A stretch of 24,000 bases of DNA from assembly GCF_964283195.1 (NCBI RefSeq), contig NZ_CAXYLH010000016.1; one strand, 5' to 3'. The position numbers and the translations under genes are program-made. A model generated the notes under the pieces. That model was given only the letters and a program-made list of their open reading frames with translations, had not been told where the DNA came from and did not search any database. Each line of letters starts with the position of its first letter. Position 1 is the stretch's first letter. Of the stretch, positions 7,955 through 14,766 are shown piece after piece. This DNA comes from Olsenella uli DSM 7084 (lineage in GTDB: Bacteria; Actinomycetota; Coriobacteriia; Coriobacteriales; Atopobiaceae).

Positions 7955-8755
7955 CTAGCGGTCGGCCGCCCCTTCGTACCCAAAATACAGCGCAAGGGCG
8001 CGGTCGGCGTCGGGGCTGCTGCGCGTGTAGTTGATGTTTTTGATGTCAAACAGGATGCAGCCGCAATGGCCCGTAATGGTCGGGAAGCAGACGACCTTGA
8101 GGTATGTATCGATCTCGGGGCTGTAATCGATAAGCTCGAGCGTCTCGCCCCAGAGCGCCGCTCGCTCGTAGCAACGGAGCCACTTGGCGTCCATGTTGGG
8201 AAAGATGCTGCCGAACGAGTGGCCGATAAGCCGGTCGAGCGGCACCTTCTCGAGCCGTGCAAGGGCGTCGTTGCCGTATCGAAACACCCAGTCCACCGCC
8301 TGGCGTTGCCCGTCGAGGACCATTTCGATATCGGTAAAGGCAAAGGGCATGTCATCGAAGCTCGCGTAGCGAGCGTGATAGTCCTCGAGGGCGGCGGAGG
8401 CATCTCGCTGCTCGCGGTCTTCGATAACCGACGCGCGCCAGGCTTGCAGCTCCTCGCGGAGCTGGCGCTTGCGTCGCACGGTATATTCGAGGCTCTCGCC
8501 GTTGATGAGGTTGACGGTATCGGTGATGTCGTGGATGGCGCGCGCCGAAACCAGACAGCTGCGATGCACGAGCAAAAAGCCACTGCCTAAGATTTCGCGC
8601 AGCTCACGTAGCGTGACGCGGATATCGTAGAGCTCCCCGTCGATCATATGGACAAACGCATCGTTGCGTTTCATCTGGACGTACAGGACGCGCGTGGCAT
8701 CAAGCACGTAGTCCTTTTTGCCCGATGTGATTGTGACGGCTTTGCTGGCGTGCAT
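7955..8755 (-). CDS. One-component transcriptional regulator: N-terminal LytTR DNA-binding domain plus C-terminal PAS-like sensor
   Basis: I call the start at ATG 8755 (MHASKAVTI...), preceded by GGAGGgtct; the longer 355-aa track ORF has an implausible Arg/Pro-rich N-terminus. LYVQMKRNDAFVHMIDGELYDIRVTLRELREILGSGFLLVHRSCLVSARAI is a LytTR signature. FAFTDIEMVLD....VFRYGNDALARLEKVPLDRLIGHSFGSIFP...YERAALWGETLELIDYSPEIDTYLKVVCFP...GCILFDI is PAS-like. Confidence 0.8.
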   Translation of the reverse strand: MHASKAVTITSGKKDYVLDATRVLYVQMKRNDAFVHMIDGELYDIRVTLRELREILGSGFLLVHRSCLVSARAIHDITDTVNLINGESLEYTVRRKRQLREELQAWRASVIEDREQRDASAALEDYHARYASFDDMPFAFTDIEMVLDGQRQAVDWVFRYGNDALARLEKVPLDRLIGHSFGSIFPNMDAKWLRCYERAALWGETLELIDYSPEIDTYLKVVCFPTITGHCGCILFDIKNINYTRSSPDADRALALYFGYEGAADR

Positions 8756-9080
8756 AGACCCTCCGCGACGCAATGTGCTCTTTCTTCGATTGTAGGCGGA
8801 CGCAGGGTTTCCTTTCGGATTATTCCGTTCAAACCGATGGTTTGCCGTCCTTGTGGCAGGATGCGTAAGGAGCTGGTTGGCGATCGCATGTGCCGGATAA
8901 CGTGCGGGGGCATCGGCGATGGCGTGCGTTGGTCTCGGTCGCTGAGAGCGGCGACCCCTGGGGTTTGCGGATAGGGGCTGATGGGGGCACCATTCAAAAT
9001 GGCGGCAGAAACAACCCGCCACGAGAATGGAATAAAGCTTCGGGTCTCAATAGGAACCCTATTAAGAAAGGCGGGAAGCA

Positions 9081-9410
9081 ATGGCCGTAAATGCATATGA
9101 GGCATACATAGCGATGTACTACGCGCTGGAAGCGGCGGATATTGAGAAAGGCAAGGAAACGTTGACCGTTTTTCTCACGGATGCGGATCCCCTTCTTTTC
9201 ACGGGAAAAGGCTCAGCGGACCCTGCGGTTTTCAGCGGTTTTTCCAGATCGTATGCGGATGCCTATAAGGCTGGCGCAAACGAAGAAGATGCCCTCGATT
9301 TTGTGAGACGGTATCTTCAAAGCACGAATGATCCTTCACTTCTCGAAGCTTTCGACTCAGTAGTTGACGAATCGAGCTGGAAAGAAGCTTTAGAGGCCAT
9401 TCGCAATTGA
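9081..9410 (+). CDS. Small acidic helical protein, function unknown
   Basis: 109 aa. ATG with the AAAGGCGGGAAG RBS region. It is the first gene of the cluster that ends in the SUKH genes. Confidence 0.55.
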   Translation: MAVNAYEAYIAMYYALEAADIEKGKETLTVFLTDADPLLFTGKGSADPAVFSGFSRSYADAYKAGANEEDALDFVRRYLQSTNDPSLLEAFDSVVDESSWKEALEAIRN

Positions 9411-9471
9411 TGCAGCGCAGGCTGGCTAGGCATAGCGGCGCCATTTTGCCGACGAATTCGGCTGCGAGGAG

Positions 9472-9786
9472 ATGAGACCGAAGGCCGGCAAAACCTACGA
9501 CGGCCCAACCGAGATGGAAGCCCTCGCGACGCTGACTTCCTATAATTTGCCGAGCGTCGAAGAAGTCAAGCAAGGGCTCGAGGGCGGTAAGGCTAACGGC
9601 GTTTTTCAAGGGGAGCGGCTGCAGGCCATAGAGGGTGCAAGGCACGGTTTACTGCACGACGTATATGCCTTCGCGGAAGCATACCCTGAGTACGAGCGAT
9701 ATGGCGATATCCTGGAGCAGCATGGGTTGGAACTCAATGCCGAGCAGAGGCGGGCTCAGCAGCATATGGAAGGCGTCAAAGAATGA
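9472..9786 (+). CDS. Hypothetical protein, translationally coupled to the first SUKH gene
   Basis: 104 aa. Its stop overlaps the next start (ATGA at 9783-9786). The SD (AGGAG) directly abuts the ATG, so the start is doubtful. Confidence 0.4.
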   Translation: MRPKAGKTYDGPTEMEALATLTSYNLPSVEEVKQGLEGGKANGVFQGERLQAIEGARHGLLHDVYAFAEAYPEYERYGDILEQHGLELNAEQRRAQQHMEGVKE

Positions 9787-10199
9787 ACAACGAAATCACT
9801 GCCCTCGCCAGGGACTATGCCAATGACAGCTTTTTCACGAAGGTTCCTGTTACCGACAGCATGATCGAAGCGGCGCAAGGAAAGCTCGGAATCGTACTTC
9901 CCGGTCAATACGTCGATTACCTGAAGACCTTCGGTCATGGTGGAATCGGGGGCGTCGAGATACTCGGCTTCGGGTTCGACGGAAGCGCCATGTTCATCGA
10001 CGACACTCTCGAGTATCGTGAATTCGGACTGCCCAAGAACCTTGTCGTCGTGGAGAACGTAGACGAATGGCTCTACTGCCTCGATTGCGATACGGGAAAA
10101 GTCGTGCCTTGGTGTCAGGGCGAAGAGGTTCGAAGCGCCACCCCCAACTTCGACGAGTTCGTGCTCGACGAGTTCAAAGACGCCATAGACAACATGTAG
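9783..10199 (+). CDS. SMI1/KNR4 (SUKH-1) family immunity-type protein
   Basis: 138 aa. ...IEAAQGKLGIVLPGQYVDYLKTFGHGGIGGVEILGFG...VVVENVDEWLYCLDCDTGKVVPW... is the typical SUKH pattern. Confidence 0.85.
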   Translation: MNNEITALARDYANDSFFTKVPVTDSMIEAAQGKLGIVLPGQYVDYLKTFGHGGIGGVEILGFGFDGSAMFIDDTLEYREFGLPKNLVVVENVDEWLYCLDCDTGKVVPWCQGEEVRSATPNFDEFVLDEFKDAIDNM

Positions 10200-10220
10200 C
10201 GGTGTCGTGACGCATCGTGA

Positions 10221-10258
10221 GGCCGGCTTCCCATGTGAGCCGGCCTTTTCGTTTTATT
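10221..10258 (+). terminator. Rho-independent terminator after the first SUKH gene
   Basis: GGCCGGCT (10221-10228) / AGCCGGCC (10238-10245), followed by TTTTCGTTTTATT. Confidence 0.75.
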
Positions 10259-10476
10259 GACGGCGCGGAAAACGTTTCAGAAACGATCCGATTCTCGATA
10301 GACAGCACAGCGACCTCCGCGGGCAATGTTGGAAATGGCGAGCGAAGCGATCACGGATTGGTCGGAAACGGAGGAAACTTCCGCAACGACCCGATTCTCA
10401 ACAAGCAGTTCAACAATTGTCGAAGCGCGTACCGGAAATGGCGCGCGGACGAATACAAGAGGAAGGGTGGGAAACG

Positions 10477-10899
10477 ATGAACCGGCAAATAGAGGCGCTG
10501 ATCTCGGAGCATGAGCGCGAGGGCGACTTCCTCCACGCCCCGCTCGACGACGACGCGCTGAGGAACGCGGAGTCGGAGCTCGGGGTGGAGCTCCCCGCTC
10601 AGTACGTCGACTTCCTCCGCAGGTACGGCCATGGCGGCATAGGCGGCGTGACGGTGCTCGGCGTCGGGCTCGACGGGTCTATGATCTTCGCGGAGGAGAC
10701 CGAGGAGTACCGTCCCGACGGCCTCCCCGACTGCCTGGTGGCCGTGGAGAGCTGCGACGAGTGGCTGTATTGCATCGACTGCTCCAACGGCAAGGTGGTC
10801 AGCTGGTCGCCCTACGACAACGACGGGGTCATCGAGGCCTACAAGGACTTCGATTCCTACCTCCTCGACAGGCTCAATGACGCCATCGAGAACATGTAG
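10477..10899 (+). CDS. SMI1/KNR4 (SUKH-1) family immunity-type protein, paralog of 9783-10199
   Basis: I call the start at ATG 10477 (MNRQIEALI...) after GGAAGGGTGGG. ...LGVELPAQYVDFLRRYGHGGIGGVTVLGVG...VAVESCDEWLYCIDCSNGKVVSW...DAIENM is collinear with the upstream paralog. Confidence 0.85.
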   Translation: MNRQIEALISEHEREGDFLHAPLDDDALRNAESELGVELPAQYVDFLRRYGHGGIGGVTVLGVGLDGSMIFAEETEEYRPDGLPDCLVAVESCDEWLYCIDCSNGKVVSWSPYDNDGVIEAYKDFDSYLLDRLNDAIENM

Positions 10900-10911
10900 C
10901 GTGTAGACCCA

Positions 10912-10949
10912 GGAGGCGGAAGGCACGGAAATCGAGGCCTTCCGCCTCC
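10912..10949 (+). terminator. Perfect 13-bp GC-rich hairpin without a U tract (possible terminator or RNA-stability element)
   Basis: GGAGGCGGAAGGC (10912-10924) / GCCTTCCGCCTCC (10937-10949), 12 nt after the SUKH-2 stop. Confidence 0.4.
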
Positions 10950-10957
10950 CGAGGTTA

Positions 10958-11146
10958 GGGAGTAAAACGACAAAGAAAAAGCCTCCGTCCCAACGCGGGG
11001 ACGGAGGCTCGATTGCCGTGTTTACTCACCGATGCCGCAGGTGGCTTTGCCGTGAGTCGCGTACGAAACGAAACTCAGCGGTACACCACGGCACTCGAAA
11101 GTGCAGGTCAAAGCCCTGTCGGCCCACTCCTACTCCTTCACACTCG
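10958..11146. repeat. Island P-segment copy B plus a scrambled guaA-end core
   Basis: 10958-11122 aligns with 15842-16007 and 20594-20760. All three start at GGGAGTAAAAC and contain the invariant CCGCTGAGTTTCGTTTCGTA (minus sense). The core region 11123-11146 reads CCCACTCCTACTCCTTCACACTCG in place of CTAYTCCCACTCG. Confidence 0.8.
10971..11008 (-). terminator. Rho-independent terminator inside P-segment B
   Basis: GCCTCCGTCCC (10981-10991) / GGGACGGAGGC (10998-11008). On the minus strand it is followed by TTTTTCTTTG (10980-10971). Confidence 0.7.
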
Positions 11147-11490
11147 TTTACCGTGGCGTCATTCCAGTTAACTCCAGTTGGGTCGTCGGTCTTGTCCGTC
11201 TTGCCGCCGAATCCCTCCGCGTGTCCTCACGTAGGCGATTGGGACAAACCCTGGGACAAATCCGCGAACCATTTCGAAACCGCGAGCCGCAGTTTCGTTT
11301 TTGTCCCGGGGACAAAAACGGAAATGTTTTGAGGCGCATAATCACCCGAAGTGGATGCCAAAAGGGCGATTATCCTCTTTGGCACCTGATTGGCGAAGCG
11401 AATCGTAGCCAGCGGCTTTGCCACCTAGCATTTCCGCAGGTCAGATGGGATGCACAAGAGCGATGACTGAAAGAATCGTCGCAGGCAGCT
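11147..11490. repeat. Conserved noncoding island arm, copy B
   Basis: Collinear with 416-768. GGGACAAA occurs at 11241-11248 and 11253-11260, and the identical 21-bp palindrome is at 11298-11318. Confidence 0.8.
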
Positions 11491-11729
11491 TCTTTTGCAA
11501 ATTTGAACGTGGCCTCAATCTGTGACTTGTGAAGTCGCTGTTCCTGTCAGCTGCCCGTTTATCATCGGATTTGCCGTCTTTGATAAGCACACGTTTCTCT
11601 GATATACATTGACGCAGTAAGACAAAACGTAAATTATGTGGCGTTCTCCGCACTTTACGTCTTGTTTTTTAAAAAAGCTGTTAAGCAGTATTTTGACCAG
11701 CTGGCAGCGTTATAGGAGGCGAAACCAAT

Positions 11730-13490
11730 GTGAAAAAGAAAGTAATGCCGTGGTTGTTAGCACTGAGTTTGCTCATGACCATATTCCCGGTTGCCGCATT
11801 TGCGACTGCCGGAGAGAGCACGGGGTCAGGTGACTCGACCACTCCGGAAGCTGCCATTTATCTCGACCAACAGCATGGCGCAGATGAAAATGAAGGACTG
11901 AGCAAAGCGACTGCTGTAAAGACGATCGAAAAGGCAAACGCGCTTGCAAACGAAAAGAACATCAAAGATATTTGCCTTTCAAGTTCTTATGAGGTCACGG
12001 GGACAGAAGTTTGGGACCTTGGCGGAAAGACGCTGCACCGCTATGGGTTCGGCGGCTATATGATCGAACTCGTCGATGCATCCGCCTCACTGACACTGAG
12101 TAACATTGTGATTGATGGTGCGGAGTACGCTGCGGACGCAACGCACGCCGCGGAGACCGACTCAATCATTAAGGCGGCAAACGGCGGCACCATCGTACTG
12201 AAGAGCGGCGCTATTTTACAAAACAATAGGGCAGCTCAGTTTGGCTCCGGTATTTTTGCGAACAACGGCGTCAGCATAACAATGGAGGACGGCGCGACCA
12301 TTCGTAATAATACAAACTACAGCTACGAATTGGGCGGTGGCGTTCTGATCGGCAACCGCAGTACCTTCACCATGAACGGCGGCGAGATCAGCGGCAACAC
12401 GGCAAATGGCGGTGGCGGTGTCGCAATCATCGGCTCAACGATGGTTATGAACCATGGCACGATTTCCGACAATAGCACCTACCGGACATCCGGTCAGGGC
12501 AGCTACGGCGCCGGCGTTTATGTTGCAGACTATGCCAACGCAAGCGGCGGAGATACCTTGTTTACACCTGCACCGGCTTCTTTTGAAATGAACGGAGGCA
12601 GCATCAGAGATAACACGGCGCTTGATTACGGCGGAGGTGTTCTCACCTTCCCCCAGCAAGATCAGATTATTACAATCAATATTAACAACGGCGATATTTC
12701 CGGCAATACGGTTACAGGGGGAAGCGGCGGCGCAATCGCAGCCTTCTTCGACGTAACTGAGCTGAATATCAAGAACGGTACGCTAACAGGAAATAGCGCT
12801 CAAAACTACGGCGGCGGTGTTTTCCTGTATGACGCAACGAATGTAACGATTTCCGGCGGTACGATTTCCAAAAACAAGGCCTCGCAGGGTGGTGGCGTAT
12901 GCCTATGGGCAGCATCCGCTGCTAAACAAACTGGCGGTTCTATTGAAAACAATGTTGCAAACGTAGGCGGCGGCGTCTGCGGTGGTACCTATACCATGAC
13001 GGGCGGCGCCATCAAGGACAACAACAACTCCCTGACTGAGACGGAGAGACGTGCGGCCAAAGGTGACGGTGTTTATGTAGGAGCTGCCTTCAATCTGGGA
13101 GACGATGCTGAGATCAGCACAAACAACGATGTCTACCTGGTACAGGGCAGCAGTATTCCCAAGGAAGGCCGTTATATCAATGTGATCTCCCCGTATACGG
13201 GCGCGAGCACCGCAAAACCGATTCAGATCCACAGCGAGGATCGCACGGTAGAGGATACAGAAATTGGTACGCAGCTTGTTCGTTATACGAAGGACGCAGG
13301 TGGCGAAGCTGCGGCAGCGACGGCTGATGCGGACGGTATTTTCGTCCCGAGCTGGAAAACGCCGAAGGGTCTGGTCATTGGACAGAGCAAGGAGACAGGA
13401 AAGACCGACTGGATGACCTATGTATCGGCCGCCAAGATCCAGTATCAGTGGGTCAGCACAGATAATCCTACCGATGTAACCCCCCCATGA
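11730..13490 (+). CDS. Secreted right-handed parallel beta-helix repeat protein (N-terminal 586 aa of a split LPXTG protein)
   Basis: GTG start with GGAGG at 11714-11718. The signal peptide is MKKKVMPWLLALSLLMTIFPVAAFATA. Repeated units such as ..GGGV....s.ftm.GG.IsgNta are present. The ORF ends at a TGA created directly after a C7 run (13480-13486). Confidence 0.85.
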   Translation: MKKKVMPWLLALSLLMTIFPVAAFATAGESTGSGDSTTPEAAIYLDQQHGADENEGLSKATAVKTIEKANALANEKNIKDICLSSSYEVTGTEVWDLGGKTLHRYGFGGYMIELVDASASLTLSNIVIDGAEYAADATHAAETDSIIKAANGGTIVLKSGAILQNNRAAQFGSGIFANNGVSITMEDGATIRNNTNYSYELGGGVLIGNRSTFTMNGGEISGNTANGGGGVAIIGSTMVMNHGTISDNSTYRTSGQGSYGAGVYVADYANASGGDTLFTPAPASFEMNGGSIRDNTALDYGGGVLTFPQQDQIITININNGDISGNTVTGGSGGAIAAFFDVTELNIKNGTLTGNSAQNYGGGVFLYDATNVTISGGTISKNKASQGGGVCLWAASAAKQTGGSIENNVANVGGGVCGGTYTMTGGAIKDNNNSLTETERRAAKGDGVYVGAAFNLGDDAEISTNNDVYLVQGSSIPKEGRYINVISPYTGASTAKPIQIHSEDRTVEDTEIGTQLVRYTKDAGGEAAAATADADGIFVPSWKTPKGLVIGQSKETGKTDWMTYVSAAKIQYQWVSTDNPTDVTPP

Positions 13491-13885
13491 ACGACTATAT
13501 CCGTAACGGGGCAGCCTATACGGCAAAGGTACAGCAGAACACTCATCAGGGCTATATCTTTGATGGCTGGTACACGGATGAACGGTGTACGCTTCCGTAT
13601 AAGGACGGTACGGTTCTGAACACGGATACCATTCTGTATGGCAAGTGGACCAAGGATAGCGAAACTCCTAACCAGCCGAGCAAGCCGGAAGCCCCTGTCA
13701 CACCGAACCAACCGAGCACACCGGATGTGCCGAGCAGCCCCAGTGCGCAGGATCAGTTACCCCAGACAGGTGATCCGATGAATTCGACGCTGTTGATTTC
13801 CCTGATGGGACTGTCTTTGGCAGGATTGCTTGGCTCGCTGGTCGTTGCAAAAAAGAACAACCATCACGGCAAACAGATGAAATAG
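13487..13885 (+). CDS. C-terminal fragment of the same protein: Listeria-Bacteroides-type repeat plus LPQTG sorting signal
   Basis: The GYIFDGWYTDERCTLPYKDGTVLNTDTILYGKWT repeat is followed by a Pro/Ser linker, LPQTG, a hydrophobic helix and KKNNHHGKQMK. One extra C in the C7 run would fuse it in frame to 11730-13490. Confidence 0.75.
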   Translation: MNDYIRNGAAYTAKVQQNTHQGYIFDGWYTDERCTLPYKDGTVLNTDTILYGKWTKDSETPNQPSKPEAPVTPNQPSTPDVPSSPSAQDQLPQTGDPMNSTLLISLMGLSLAGLLGSLVVAKKNNHHGKQMK

Positions 13886-13891
13886 GCCATT

Positions 13892-13924
13892 AGGAGGCTG
13901 GGAGATTCCCAGCCTCCTTTTTTA
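13892..13924 (+). terminator. Rho-independent terminator
   Basis: AGGAGGCTGGGA (13892-13903) / TCCCAGCCTCCT (13907-13918), followed by TTTTTT. Confidence 0.85.
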
Positions 13925-13951
13925 GGTTAGACGACTACAAACATGAAAAGA

Positions 13952-14030
13952 ACTCAGAGCCTTTAGTTTTTTGTCCCACGGCACACAGCGGGCAGCCTTT
14001 AGAGGCTCGATATCGACGAAAACGCCCGTT
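13952..14030. repeat. Relic of the distal part of a C-type island arm
   Basis: ACTCAGAG..TTTTTTGTCCCA..GCCTTTAGAGGCTCGATATCGACGAAAACGCCCGTT aligns with 16164-16248 (ACTCAGAG..TTTTTGTCCCA..GCCTTTGGAGGCTCGATATCGCCGAAAAACGCCCGTT). Confidence 0.6.
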
Positions 14031-14119
14031 CATAACCTCTCACAAAAGATCGAGCTTCTCAATCCACGTCATCCCTCTCAGGGCCACGCGCAATCAACGT
14101 CTGTGCAGTCCGCTCGTGC

Positions 14120-14252
14120 TACAATGCGGGCACCAGAGATGAAAACACAGTCCCCGTCGGGTAGTCGTGGGCGTGCGGGAGTCCGCATCAGTAACCTGCC
14201 TCCTTGGTTGTCCCTTCTCTGCATGGTCATCTACATAAAGAAGGAATCAGCC
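14120..14252 (+). promoter_or_regulatory. yjdF leader: TGcTACAAT promoter plus a ~125-nt structured 5'UTR (candidate yjdF-type riboswitch)
   Basis: The extended -10 is TGCTACAAT (14117-14125). The closing helix is ATGCGGGC (14124-14131) / GTCCGCAT (14181-14188). The pyrimidine tracts CCTGCCTCCTT and TCCCTTCTCT can pair with the SD AAGAAGGA. A second copy of the whole leader lies at 16811-16943. Confidence 0.45.
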
Positions 14253-14672
14253 ATGCAGATCAGCGTGTCATCCACCCTGACCGTATTTCATGACGGCCAA
14301 TTTTGGGTCGGGCTGGCGGAACATGTCGAGGATGGAAGGTACGGCGTCACCCGCATCATCTTCGGCGCAGAACCGTCCAATGGGGAAATCCTACAATTCG
14401 TTGCAAGTAAATGGGCGAAGCTCGTGTTCTCCGGCGACGAGCCCGCCGAGGCGAGCGAGCCCGCGAGGAATCCCAAGCGCCGCGCCCGCGAGGCATCGAA
14501 GGCCCAAAAGCCACCGGCGATGGGCACCAAGGCGCAGCAGGCGCTCGCGAGTCAGCGAGAGACAATGAAACGAGAGTCGGTCCGCGCAAGAAGCCAGCGC
14601 CACGCGGACGAGGCGGTAGCGCGCTTCGAGCGGCGGAAGCTGAAGCGCAAGCAGAAGCATCGCGGGCATTGA
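14253..14672 (+). CDS. yjdF: YjdF / DUF2992 family protein
   Basis: 139 aa from the ATG at 14253 (RBS GAAGGA). MQISVSSTLTVFHDGQFWVGLAEHVEDGRYGVTRIIFGAEPSNGEILQFV... is followed by a basic tail ...NPKRRAREASKA...GTKAQQAL...KLKRKQKHRGH. This is the canonical YjdF pattern. Confidence 0.85.
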   Translation: MQISVSSTLTVFHDGQFWVGLAEHVEDGRYGVTRIIFGAEPSNGEILQFVASKWAKLVFSGDEPAEASEPARNPKRRAREASKAQKPPAMGTKAQQALASQRETMKRESVRARSQRHADEAVARFERRKLKRKQKHRGH

Positions 14673-14766
14673 TCGCCATTTTACGGCCCTCCAGCCGCTC
14701 CGCTTGCGATTGACATGGCGGCAGGGAACGAGTTCGCGTCCGCGCATCGCTTGCGAGGGCCGTTCC

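Larger units (their letters stand above)
416..11146. mobile_element. Putative integrase-less genomic island 3 (arm A ... cargo ... P-segment B)
   Basis: Bounded by guaA-end core copies at 401-415 and 11123-11146. It has the conserved arm at 416-768 and the conserved P-segment at 10958-11122. No recombinase ORF is present. Confidence 0.5.

Noticed and set aside
7849-8590. 244-aa minus-strand and 215-aa plus-strand ORFs overlapping the LytTR-PAS gene, and the 89-codon N-terminal extension of the 355-aa track ORF
   Set aside because: These are alternative-frame or antisense shadows with Arg/Ser/Ala-rich translations. The extension (MAGCFCRHFEW...RRGGS) has no domain content. A GGAGG-ATG at 8755 fits the LytTR domain start.
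10217-10480. An 87-aa ORF in the spacer between the SUKH genes
   Set aside because: It starts inside the terminator hairpin of the upstream gene, spans the degenerate duplication, has no RBS and yields a low-complexity product.
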